A stretch of DNA of 64,000 nt, taken from the NCBI GenBank assembly GCA_963841435.1, contig CAWJCS010000005.1, forward strand, positions 832,001 to 896,000, read 5' to 3'. The notes under the pieces were generated by a model. The model saw only the letters and a program-made list of their open reading frames with translations. It was not told the DNA's origin and did no database searches. The position numbers and the translations under genes are program-made. The stretch is from an uncultured delta proteobacterium. Lineage in GTDB: Bacteria; Myxococcota_A; Polyangia; Polyangiales; Polyangiaceae. Positions within the stretch are counted from its first letter, which is position 1. The number at the start of each line of letters is the position of its first letter. This document shows positions 33,931-43,528 of the stretch, piece by piece.

Positions 33931-34923
33931 TCATAGCCGAGCCACCTGTCCCACTCGCTGCTTGCGATACCGCGCCGGTGGCAGCTCGAAGGTGCGCTTG
34001 AACGCCCGCGAGAACGCCGCCTCGGACTCGTAGCCGACCCGGAGTGCTATCGCGAGCACGGTATCGTCCGTCGTCTCGAGGAGCCGGGCGCCCAGGTGCA
34101 ACCGCCAGCGGGAGACGTACGCGAGGGGCGCTTCGTCGAGGAGGTTGGCGAATCGCTCTGCGAAGACAGTGCGTGAAACGCCGGCTTCCTTCGCCAGGAG
34201 CTCGACCGTCCAGTTCCGCGCGATGTCGCGATGAATTGCCCCGAGCGCGCGCCCCACCGCCCGATCGCGCGCCGCAGCTAACCAACCTCGCCGCTCCGCT
34301 GGTGCTTCGGCCATGTACCGAGAGAGCGTCTCGATGAACAGGGCTTCGGCGAGCTTGGCGAGCAGAGCCACTCGTCCAGCACGCTGTGCGTGGCGCTCGG
34401 CAGCGAGGTGGCGGATGGAGCTCTGGATCCATTCGCCAGATGCGTCTTTGCAGATGTTCAGCTTGAAGACAGGGGGCAAGCCCGAGAGAAACAGTTGCCC
34501 CACGTGACGCTCGCAGCCGATGTAGCCACAGATGAACTTCGTGATCGGTCCGTCGCCCCCAGCTCGTTCCGACGCGATCACGCCGCCGAGGATCCTGGGC
34601 AACAGCGACGAACCGTCGGTGAGCTGCTTGACCGACCCGTTCCAGAGCTCGTGAGCGTCGCCGCGGGGTACGACCACGATGTCGCCGGCTTCCAGCGCCA
34701 CCGGCTCGTAGCCCGGAACTCGCACGGTGGCCTCACCCTCGATCAGCAGGTGAAACAACACCAAATGCTCGGCCTCGGGCGCAATCAACGGCGCTGTAGC
34801 CGCGGCGGCCGGTGACGAGAACCCCCACGGCGCGGCCAGCTCCGCGTCGAGGAAAATGGCTCCAGTCAGGCGTACGCCGCGAAGAGCCTGCGAGAGAGTG
34901 TCGATTTCGTGCATGCGCTGCAA
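33931..34923 (-). CDS. AraC-family transcriptional regulator (cupin plus HTH)
   Basis: 'WTVELLAKEAGVSRTVFAERF', 'VGYESEAAFSRAFKR'. Confidence 0.93.
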   Translation of the reverse strand: MQRMHEIDTLSQALRGVRLTGAIFLDAELAAPWGFSSPAAAATAPLIAPEAEHLVLFHLLIEGEATVRVPGYEPVALEAGDIVVVPRGDAHELWNGSVKQLTDGSSLLPRILGGVIASERAGGDGPITKFICGYIGCERHVGQLFLSGLPPVFKLNICKDASGEWIQSSIRHLAAERHAQRAGRVALLAKLAEALFIETLSRYMAEAPAERRGWLAAARDRAVGRALGAIHRDIARNWTVELLAKEAGVSRTVFAERFANLLDEAPLAYVSRWRLHLGARLLETTDDTVLAIALRVGYESEAAFSRAFKRTFELPPARYRKQRVGQVARL

Positions 34924-35003
34924 AGAAATCCGGACGCCGAGTTAGGTCGATCGATCACGCCCGTCGCATCCTGAGTAGGCACCAGTCACCAGGAGAATGA
35001 AAC

Positions 35004-35762
35004 ATGAGCGACGGAAATCGTTTCACATTCGTGGACCCGACACCAGTAGGCGCGACCAGAGAGGTAGTGGCGCGTTTCATCGCGGCATTCCAGCAGAAGA
35101 ACCCCGCGGCGATCCCCGAGCTCGTGGCTCCGGATTGCGTCATGGAAGCCATGCAGCCGGCGCCCGATGGCCAGCGGGTCGAAGGCTACGAGGCCAATGT
35201 CGCATTCTGGCAGGCAATGGTGGCGGATCCCAACGGCTCTTTCGAGGTCGAGGAGACCGTGATTTGCGGCGATCGAGCCATCAACCGCTGGCGCTATCAC
35301 TTCGCGAACGGCGAGGCCGTGCGTGGAGTCACGCTGATCACGGTTCGCGCGGGCAAGATCGCCGAAGCTCTGGGCTACGCGAAGACCTCTCCGGTCAGCG
35401 ACCTGGGTCAGCAAACCACCACCGAGGTGATTTCGCGCTACAATGACGTCTTCCAGACGCACGATCCCCGAGCGCTATCCGACCTCGTCGCGACGGATTG
35501 CGTGATCGAAAATACGAATCCAGCGCCAGACGGCTCGAGGCACGTGGGACGCGAAGCATGCGTGCAGCACTGGAGCCGCATCGCGACCGACGCAAGCTTG
35601 GCGTTCGACATCGAAGACGTTTCCATCGACGGCGAGAGGGCGATCGTGCGCTGGCGACTGCGCTGGGGCGAAGGCGAGACGAGCTCGGTTCGAGGAGTGA
35701 ACCTGATGCGCGTCCGCGACGGCTTGATCGTCGAGGCGTTGGGCTACGTGAAGGGCGCCTAG
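35004..35762 (+). CDS. Tandem SnoaL/NTF2-like domain protein
   Basis: Two repeats of 'DCV.E..PAPDG.R..G..A....W...GDRA..RWR..VRGV.L..VR.G.I.EALGY.K'. Confidence 0.88.
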   Translation: MSDGNRFTFVDPTPVGATREVVARFIAAFQQKNPAAIPELVAPDCVMEAMQPAPDGQRVEGYEANVAFWQAMVADPNGSFEVEETVICGDRAINRWRYHFANGEAVRGVTLITVRAGKIAEALGYAKTSPVSDLGQQTTTEVISRYNDVFQTHDPRALSDLVATDCVIENTNPAPDGSRHVGREACVQHWSRIATDASLAFDIEDVSIDGERAIVRWRLRWGEGETSSVRGVNLMRVRDGLIVEALGYVKGA

Positions 35763-35818
35763 CGCCGAGAGTGATCTGTGGAATTCGTGGCCAATCGATT
35801 TTCAGCGAGGAGAGTCTC

Positions 35819-36118
35819 ATGAGTGAACCTAAAGTCATCATCGCGGGCTGGATCAGGGTGGATCCAAAGAAACGAAACGAGGCGGTCGCCAGCTTCGAGG
35901 ATCTCATGCGGCGGGCTCGCAAGGCGCCCGGCTGCTTGGATTTGGCCATTACTGCGGATCCGCTCGACCCGGGTCGGGTCAACCTCTTCGAGTTTTGGCG
36001 ATCCGAAAAGGATTGGAGCTCATGGCGCCGTGTGGCCGGACCACACAGGAAGGTCGCCCGGCCGCTCCAAATGAAAGTGCAAAAACACATCATTCAAAAG
36101 TCAGGTCGGCCGTTCTGA
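35819..36118 (+). CDS. ABM-family (antibiotic biosynthesis monooxygenase) protein
   Basis: 'VIIAGWIRVDP..ARKAPGCLDLAITADPLDPGRVNLFEFW'. Confidence 0.8.
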   Translation: MSEPKVIIAGWIRVDPKKRNEAVASFEDLMRRARKAPGCLDLAITADPLDPGRVNLFEFWRSEKDWSSWRRVAGPHRKVARPLQMKVQKHIIQKSGRPF

Positions 36119-36354
36119 TCCAATACGATGCGCTATGGCTGACCGATGAGGTGGTGGCCGCCTCTAGCGGCGCTTCACTTGGACTTCGGCTGGCAGCTCT
36201 TGATGTTCGTGCTGCTCACGCCGTTGCAGGCCTCGGAGGCGGCACACTAGGGCAAGGACTCGCGGTGGCATCGCTTGCCGACTAGCTGAACCCTCGCCGC
36301 CTCCATCCACTACCCCCTTCACTACCAACAACACGCTTGCTTTTCCTGGTCGCC

Positions 36355-36471
36355 GACGGCCAAACCCTCACGGACCAAACCGTCACCCTCCGCGACCGCG
36401 ACACCGCCGCCCAAGAGCGCATCGCCCTCGACCGCGTCAAGGAGCTCGTGAGCGACCGCGTTCTCGGCTAA
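36355..36471 (+). pseudogene. glyQS: 3' fragment of class II aminoacyl-tRNA synthetase (glyQS-type anticodon-binding domain), copy 1
   Basis: DGQTLTDQTVTLRDRDTAAQERIALDRVKELVSDRVLG*. Confidence 0.65.
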
Positions 36472-36569
36472 CTCACCTCCCCCCCGGCTTTTTTGGGGCC
36501 GCCTGCGCGCACCGCGCGTCATAGGCTGAAAAGCATTGCCGGGGCAGCCAGCGCGGCCTGCTTCGCTGC

Positions 36570-36929
36570 TCAGGGTTGCGGGTCGCCCGCGAGCCCGAGG
36601 AACAGCTCGAGCCCCTGGTCGAGCGCTGCGAGCTCTTCCTTCGTGATGCGTCCAAAAACGCGCCGGATGCGGCGCTTGTCGATCGAGCGCAGGTGGTCGA
36701 TGAGCGCGTACGAGGTCTTCGTCAGGCCGCTCCTGCCAGGCGAGAGCTCCGGGTAGAGTGCTCCTACGCCCGGTGTTCCCGTGATCGGTGCGACCGCGAT
36801 CAGCGGAAAGCGTTGGTCGGCGTTGACGGCAGGATCGCTGATCGCCACACACGGACGAGTACCTCGCTGCTCGTGGCCGACGGTCGGATCGAGCTCGACG
36901 AGGACGACGGTACCGCGGTGGACGATCAC
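36570..36929 (-). CDS. mazF: PemK/MazF toxin
   Basis: 'RGTVVLVELDPTVGHEQRGTRPCVAIS..IAVAPIT..DHLRSIDKRRI'. Confidence 0.92.
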   Translation of the reverse strand: MIVHRGTVVLVELDPTVGHEQRGTRPCVAISDPAVNADQRFPLIAVAPITGTPGVGALYPELSPGRSGLTKTSYALIDHLRSIDKRRIRRVFGRITKEELAALDQGLELFLGLAGDPQP

Positions 36930-37231
36930 GCAGACTCCTCCACCCAGCCCTGCCCATCCACCCAGCGCACAGGCTTGCCCGCGGTCTCATCGACGAGGCC
37001 TTCGTCACCCTCGGGCAGGCTTGCTCCCCAATCGGCGAGGCCGGTATCGGCGAGTTCGCCCGCCTCCGCATGAGGGGTTGCGAGCGAGCGCAGCAACCCG
37101 TCTCGTCGCCGGCGCTCGAGCTCATGCTCGACGGCTTCCGCGATGAAGCGGCTGCGGTTGCGCTCGAAGCGGTCGATGCTCTCGACGAGATCGATCGGCA
37201 GGGTGACGGTGACGCGCTCGGTCGTGGCCAT
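36926..37231 (-). CDS. Ribbon-helix-helix antitoxin
   Basis: 'ERVTVTLPIDLVESIDRFERNRSRFIAEAV'; 4-nt overlap with the toxin. Confidence 0.85.
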   Translation of the reverse strand: MATTERVTVTLPIDLVESIDRFERNRSRFIAEAVEHELERRRRDGLLRSLATPHAEAGELADTGLADWGASLPEGDEGLVDETAGKPVRWVDGQGWVEESA

Positions 37232-37286
37232 GGGGGAAACCGATATGATCAATAGTATGATCTTACCCAGATCAGCGCAACTTTGG

Positions 37287-37479
37287 CTCGCCGTCGGCGA
37301 GGGCTACGCCGAAGACGCCTCGCGCGCGAGCCCCGTCTTCCTGAATTTCGACCCGCAGGTCGCCCCCTTCAAGCTCGGCATCTTCCCGCTCGTGAACAAG
37401 GACGGCCGACACCGCCGCACAGGAGCGCATCGCCCTCGACCGCGTCAAAGAGCTCGTGAGCGGCCGCGTCCTCGGCTGA
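37287..37479 (+). pseudogene. glyQS: 3' fragment of glyQS, copy 2 (internally deleted)
   Basis: 'EGYAED..VFLNFDPQVAPFKLGIFPLVNKDG' joined to 'DTAAQERIALDRVKELVSGRVLG*'. Confidence 0.7.
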
Positions 37480-38137
37480 TTCGCGCCCTCGGCCGACGGC
37501 TCACGGCGACAGGCAGCCGGGGGCCGCGCGTGGTGGCTCGAGGAATCCCGGCGCGCGGACGTAGCGCTCGCGCTGGAGCGGGAGATCGTGACCGACGCCC
37601 GTTCCCGAAAGGCACAGCATGATGACGTTCCTCACGCGTGAGCTCGCGCGTGACGTGAATGGAGAAACGGCGCGAGCAGTCGATCGCGCGTACTGCGCGG
37701 CCGGCGTTCTCGTCGGGGGGCGCACACAGAGTACATGGGCGCGACCCGGCTCGCTTTGCTCGGAACCCGTCCTGCCGGCCGTGGGTGGTGCCAACGGCCA
37801 GCAAAATTGCTGGTCCCATGCGCTTGCGAAAATCAGCTCGCGTCTCCCCCGCGGGTGGTCCCATCTGCTTGCAAATGAGGTGGTCCGTCATGCGACCGAT
37901 CTGCCATTTGTTGCTGAAGCTCCTGCCGTAGCTTGCCTGACGCGCCACTGATCGAGCTGCCACGTGCACCACGCCCCCGTTCCGACGGTGCAGGGCGGCC
38001 AGGGTGTTGCGCCATGGCCGCCAGCTGGCTGTCGTACTGGCTACCTCGCACGATCGCTCGGCGAAGACGTGGCGATGGTACCTCATGCCGCCCTCAGGTA
38101 GCCGTGATGAAGGCCGCTGATCTTCCCCCGGTTCCGT

Positions 38138-39622
38138 CTGACCATTGATCGGATCTCTCGGCGCACGGGAATTTGTGGGATCGGGACGGCGTTTCGGGGG
38201 CATGAAGCAGAGCGCGGAGGCGCACGATTGGGCGGAAGAAATGTTTGGGCATGCGGAGCTTGGTGACTCGCGGCGGACTCGGCGCCTGGTGCAGATCGCC
38301 GGCGAGGCGGCTGAGCGGCCCGGAGGGCGAGTGCTCGAAGTTTGCCGGAGCAGCGCAGCGCGACAGGGGGCTTACGACTTTTTGAGCAACCGCAGCGTTT
38401 CGCCGAGGGCCGTTCAAGCAGCGTTGACGAAGGCCGTCACCGTGAGCTGCCAGAATGAAGAGTTCTGTTTCGTGGTCGTTGACGGCACCGCACTCACGCT
38501 AACGGACTGGCAACGTAAAAAAGACTTCGGGGCGGTCGGCTCCACGTACCTCGGCGCGCGTGGACTGAAGGTGATCAACGCCTACGCGATTTCCCCGAGC
38601 GGGACGCCGATCGGCGTCCTCGGTCAGCAGTGGTGGAAGCGTGAATCGCACAAGAAACGCCGAGATTGCCAGCATCGTCTGGTCGAGGACAAGGAGACGA
38701 AGCACTGGCTGCAGGCCATCAAGGACGCGGATCTGCTGCTTTCTGCGGTGGGCTCGCGAGCATGGTTCCAAGTCGATCGCGAAGGTGATCGATACGCCAC
38801 GCTCGAAGCTCTGCACGCGTCCGGTCAGTGGTTTACCGTCCGCTCGACCTACGGGCACCGCTACCTGGTTGGGTGCAAGCGGACTGTTCGTCTGCGTCAC
38901 GCGGTCGCCCGAGCACGGATCCGTGGCTCTTACGAGCTCGTCGTCCCCCACAAGTTCAACAGGCCGGGGCGGACGGCCCAAATGGCGATCCGCACCACAA
39001 CGGTAACGCTGGACATGTCGGAGCCTGCGACCGGCAACCGACTCCAACTCCCGGTAAACGTCGTCAACGTCCGAGAGGTGGGAAGGATCCCCCGCGGCGC
39101 GTCACCAATCCATTGGCGCCTACTAACAAACCGCCCCGTCCAGACGGACGAGGACGTGGCTGCGGTCCTGAATGGCTACACGCAACGCTGGAAGATCGAG
39201 GAGCTGCATCGCACCTGGAAATCCGGGGCGTGCCGCGTTGAGGAAAGCCAACTGCGCACGGCTGATGCCGTGATGAAATGGGCCATCATTATGGCCGCAT
39301 CGGCTTCTCGAATCGAACGGCTCAAGGTCCTTGCTCGAACCGAACCCGCGACAGCCGCCAGCCGTGAATTCACGGTCTGGGAGATCGCTGCCGTCGGACT
39401 CTTGCGAAGGAAATACAAGAAACGCAGCCAGCCTGATCCCCGACCCGATCCCTGCATTGGCGACATCGTGGTCTGGCTCGCCGAACTCGGCGGCTATACC
39501 GGCACTTCATCCGGCGCACCACCAGGGTCGATCACCATCCGCCGTGGACTCGATCTGGTCGCGCCTGTCGCCGCCGCGCTCGAGCAACTTGAAGACGACC
39601 GCGCGATGCGATGAATGCTCAG
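38138..39622 (+). mobile_element. IS4-family (IS50/Tn5-like) element; transposase 38202-39614
   Basis: IRs CTGACCATTGATCGGATC / CTGAGCATTCATCGCATC; 10-bp TSD CCGGTTCCGT; 'LGDSRRTRRL', 'DREGD', 'YTQRWKIEELHRTWKSG'. Confidence 0.93.
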
Positions 39623-39672
39623 CCGGTTCCGTGGACACCCCAATTGGCGCGAGAATGCGCCGGGAGTGGACC

Positions 39673-39953
39673 ATGGAGAAGAAGAAGCAACGAAGGAAGC
39701 GGCGCTCGTTCACGGCCGAGTTCAGGGCCGAAGCGGTTCGTCTGTGCAAGGTCGGCGACCGCAGCGTCACGCAGGTGGCCAAGGACCTCGACCTCACCGA
39801 GAACTCGCTGCGTGAGTGGGTCAAGCGCGCCGACATCGACGCCGGCAGTGGACCGCCAGGCGCGCTCACCACAGCCGAGCGCGAGGAACTCACTCGGCTG
39901 CGCCGCGAGAACAAGCGGCTCACGATGGAGCGCGAGATCTTAAAAAAAGCGGC
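39673..39953 (+). CDS. IS3 transposase OrfA (interrupted by IS30; tail AAFFAKENT* resumes at ~41180)
   Basis: 'RRSFTAEFRAEAVRL..LREWVKRA..LRRENKRLTMEREILKKAAA'. Confidence 0.9.
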
Positions 39954-41179
39954 GGCAAATTCCATTGGTCGGCGCAACAGGTTGATGTTGTACCGCTCAG
40001 TGGAAGGCGAGCTGAATGCAGAAGGTCATGCGAGGTCTGTCGGTTGAGCAAAGGGCGGAGCTTTGGCGACGGTGGAAGGATGGTCAGTCTCTCAGTGACA
40101 TCGGGCGCGCGCTCGGGAAGCCGCCCGGCTCGGTTCATTGCTACCTCTCAGCTTCTGGTGGTATCGCGCCGCCGGTACGGACTCGGAGCGCTCGGGTGCT
40201 CACCGGCCGCGAGCGCGAGGAGATTTCAAGGCAACTCTGCGCGGGCAGCTCCGTTCGCCGGATAGCGAGTGAGCTGAAGCGGGCGCCCTCAACAATTGCC
40301 CGAGAAATCCGCCGCAATGGCGGACGCGAGGCATATCGTGCGGGGAGGGCAGATTCTCGAGCATGGGCCGAAGCAAAACGTCCGAAACTCTGCAAGCTGC
40401 AACGGCATCGGCGTCTGCAGCGTGAAGTTGCGCGAAAGCTGAAGCTCGACTGGTCGCCCGAGCAGATTGCCGGTTGGCTGCGGCGTACCTTTCCAAGGGA
40501 CAGCGGGATGCGCATTTCCCACGAGACCATCTACCGGAGTCTTTTTGTGCAGGCTCGTGGCGTCCTGAAGCGCGAGCTCATGCGGCACCTTCGGTCCAGG
40601 CGGCTGATGCGAAAAGCCAGGACCGCGACCACCGCCAACCAGTCACGCGGCCGCATCGTTGACGCCGTCTCGATCCACGAACGGCCGCCAGAAGTCGCTG
40701 ACCGGGCGATTCCGGGGCATTGGGAAGGCGACCTTCTGAGCGGCTCGAACAACAGTCACATCGCCACGCTGGTTGAGCGAAAGACTCGATTTACCAAACT
40801 CGTGAAGCTGGCCGGCAAGGACGCCGCCAATGTCGCAGCTGCGCTCTCCAGGCAGGTGCGCACGCTGCCCAAGGAGCTATGCCGCACGCTCACCTGGGAC
40901 CGCGGTCCAGAGATGGCCCACCACCGGAAATTCAGCATCGCGACAGACGTGGCCGTGTACTTCTGCGACCCACGAAGTCCCTGGCAGCGCGGCACGAACG
41001 AAAACACCAATCGGCTGCTCAGACAGTACCTCCCCGATGGCACCAACCTGGCGCTCTACTCGCAGAGAGACCTCGACGAGATCGCAAGATTGCTCAACGC
41101 GCGCCCTCGGAAGACCCTGCGCTTCCTCTCGCCAGCGGAAAGTTTTCTGAGCATGTTGCCTTGACCGATTGATCTCGCC
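39954..41179 (+). mobile_element. IS30-family element; transposase 40016-41164
   Basis: IRs GGCAAATTCCATTGGTCGGCGCAACA / GGCGAGATCAATCGGTCAAGGCAACA; 2-bp TSD GC; 'GHWEGDL', 'TWDRGPEM', 'WQRGTNENTNRLLRQYLP'. Confidence 0.95.
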
Positions 41180-41205
41180 GCGGCCTTCTTCGCGAAGGAG
41201 AACAC

Positions 41206-42081
41206 GTGAAGTACGCGTTCATCCTGGCGGAGAAGGCGAACTACCCGGTCACGATGCTGTGCTCGGTTCTCGGCGTTTCGCGCAGCGGCCTGCACGCATG
41301 GCGCAGGCGCGCACCGTCGCGGCGCGCACGCTCCAACGCCCGGCTCGCAGCCGAGGTGGCGGCCGTGCACAAGCGCAGCCGCAACGCCTACGGCAGCCCT
41401 CGGGTGCACCGAGAGCTCAAAGCTCGCGGCTTGCGCGTCGGCAAGAAGCGGGTCGAGCGCCTGATGCGAGAAAACGGCATCCAGGGCCGCTCCAAGCGCC
41501 GTTTCAAGCGCACCACCGACTCGCGACACGACAACCCGATCGCCCCGAATCTGCTCGCGCGTCGGTTCGACGTTGGCGAGCTGAACCGCGCGTGGGTGAC
41601 GGACGTGACCGCCATCGCAACCGACGAGGGCTGGCTCTACCTCGCGCCAATGCTCGACCTGTGCTCGCGGCGCGTGCTCGCTTGGGCGGCGAGCGAGCAC
41701 AACGACACGGCTCTCGCGCTCGAGGTGCTGCGCGAAGCGATCTGGCGGCGCCGCCCGCCTCGCGGGTTCCTTCACCACTCCGACCGCGGCAGCCCCTACG
41801 CGAGCGACGACTACCGCGCGGAGCTGCGTGCCTACGGGGCGTGCCAGAGCATGAGCCGCAAGGGCGATTGCTGGGACAACGCGGTCGCCGAGAGCTTCTT
41901 CGCCACGCTGCGAGCCGAGCTCGTCGACCACGTGCGGTTCGTCACCCGCGCGGAAGCGATGCGCGCCATCGGCGACTACATCGACAACTTCTACAACGTC
42001 GAGCGACGCCACTCGCACCTCGACTACCTCAGTCCCCTCGAGTTCGAATTGCGATCACAAGTTCAGCAACGTGTGGCATAG
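41206..42081 (+). CDS. IS3 transposase OrfB (DDE integrase core)
   Basis: 'YGSPRV', 'WVTDVT', 'HHSDRGSPY', 'MSRKGDCWDNAVAESFF'. Confidence 0.95.
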   Translation: MKYAFILAEKANYPVTMLCSVLGVSRSGLHAWRRRAPSRRARSNARLAAEVAAVHKRSRNAYGSPRVHRELKARGLRVGKKRVERLMRENGIQGRSKRRFKRTTDSRHDNPIAPNLLARRFDVGELNRAWVTDVTAIATDEGWLYLAPMLDLCSRRVLAWAASEHNDTALALEVLREAIWRRRPPRGFLHHSDRGSPYASDDYRAELRAYGACQSMSRKGDCWDNAVAESFFATLRAELVDHVRFVTRAEAMRAIGDYIDNFYNVERRHSHLDYLSPLEFELRSQVQQRVA

Positions 42082-42220
42082 TCATGCTGTCCACGGAAGC
42101 GGAACGGAAGCGGGGGAGCTTCACCCCTCTCCCTCCCGCGCTCGCGGGCAAATCGCAACAAGAACAGCGCCAGCGAGCTTGCCACGATCGCGAGCGCGAC
42201 CCGCCGTCGCCACCCGCGCC

Positions 42221-42787
42221 TCATGGCTGGTAGGTACTCGAACGCTCGGCTGCATGCAAATGATGGCTCTTCAGCTTTTCGCCATCGCGTGCTCGCACCA
42301 CGTCCTTGACCCACCTGAGGCTCGCGTTGCTCAGCGCCCCGACCCCGGCGCCGCCCACGAAGAGCGCCGACGGCGTCGGCAGCTGATGCTCCGGATCACG
42401 GAGGCGCTCGGACGGCCGGGAGGGGCGGGGCGAGGGATTGCCGGGGTTGTTCGCGAAGGACCCGCACTCCGGCGGCAGCTCGCCGAGCGTTGGCCCAGGG
42501 GTGACGCTGACCGTCCCCGCGCTGCCGGCATTACCGGCGCCGCCGCCCGCGAATCCGCCGCCCGCGGAACCACCCGTAGCGCCCGCGGCTCCGCCGACGC
42601 CCGCTCCAGCGAGACCTCCGCCACCGATGCCGCCTGTGCCCGCGCCGCCAGTGCCGCCAAACCCTGCGGTTTGCCCCCCGCTCCCTCCCCCGGGCACGAA
42701 ATCCGGATCGTCAGCGGGCAACGGCTCGGTGCGACCACAGCCGAGCACGGAAACGAGCACGAGGACGGCGGTCCGAACGCCGCGCAC
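42221..42787 (-). CDS. Gly-rich lipoprotein (possibly 3'-truncated)
   Basis: 'VLVLVSVLGCGRT' lipobox plus Gly-rich linker. Confidence 0.5.
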   Translation of the reverse strand: MRGVRTAVLVLVSVLGCGRTEPLPADDPDFVPGGGSGGQTAGFGGTGGAGTGGIGGGGLAGAGVGGAAGATGGSAGGGFAGGGAGNAGSAGTVSVTPGPTLGELPPECGSFANNPGNPSPRPSRPSERLRDPEHQLPTPSALFVGGAGVGALSNASLRWVKDVVRARDGEKLKSHHLHAAERSSTYQP

Positions 42788-42881
42788 CTGCGCCAAGGTG
42801 TGCCAAGAGCGCGCACGTTCGCCCATCACAATCGACCGAGCAATGTGCCGGCGAGGGCCGTGTGCCGGAGGCGCCGCAGGG

Positions 42882-43513
42882 CTACGGCGGGTTGCCGCCC
42901 TCGGCGGGTGCGCCGCCGTATTCCGGCATCCCGCCTCCGTTGTCGTCGAGCCCGCCCTGCCCGCTCTCGCTTCCGCCGTTCGGCATCGAGCCGCCAATCG
43001 GCGCCGCGCCACCGTACATGGGCATGGCCCCACCCTGATCGCCGACGCGCCCCGCGTCCCCGCCGTTGCCACCCAGCGCGCCACTGCCAGCGCTCCCGCC
43101 TGCCGTCACGCCAGCGCTCCCGCCTGCCGTCACGCCAGCGCTCCCGCCTGCCGTCACGCCAGCGCTCCCGCCTGCCGTCGTTCCAGCACTTCCACCGCGT
43201 GCGGCTCCCGCCGTGCCGCCGGCCCCGCCCGTGTTGGTGGAGCCGCCAGCCCCCGTCCCGGCGCTGCCGGCCGGCAACGTCCCCGCCGTGCCGCCATTCG
43301 AGCCCGACGTCGAGCTTTCCCCGCTGCAAGCGCCGCCGAGTGTCCCGACTAGTGAGGCCCCGAACGCGAACGTGGCCGCTCGCCCGAGTCGCTTCTTCGG
43401 CAACCGCGGGGGCGGCACCTCAGAAAATCGACCGCCACGCCACAAAACGGACAGGCTGTCTCGTGAACGGCGACGTGCCGCCGACATTCAGGGCAAGGAA
43501 TCAATTGAATCAT
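42882..43513 (-). CDS. Zinc-ribbon, Gly-rich protein with two MPxYGGA motifs; candidate radical-SAM substrate (1-nt frameshift in a T-run near 43425)
   Basis: Hand translation from ATG 43513 (GAGGAAAG RBS): MIQLIPCPECRRHVAVHETACPFCGVAVDF / SEVPPPRLP..LVGTLGGACSG..AMPMYGGA..GMPEYGGAP; 24-bp tandem repeat at 43086-43179. Confidence 0.75.
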
Positions 43514-43528
43514 CGTCTTCTTTCCTCG

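Larger units (their letters stand above)
38118..42123 (+). mobile_element. IS3-family element carrying nested IS4 and IS30 insertions
   Basis: Reconstituted IRL TGATCTTCCCCCGGTTCCGTGGACACC matches IRR (rev.) TGAAGCTCCCCCGCTTCCGT..GGACAGC; orfA 39673-, orfB 41206-42081. Confidence 0.88.

Noticed and set aside
43086-43179. 24-bp tandem repeat as a regulatory or CRISPR-like array
   Set aside because: No spacers; it is in-frame and encodes the GGSAGVTA linker.
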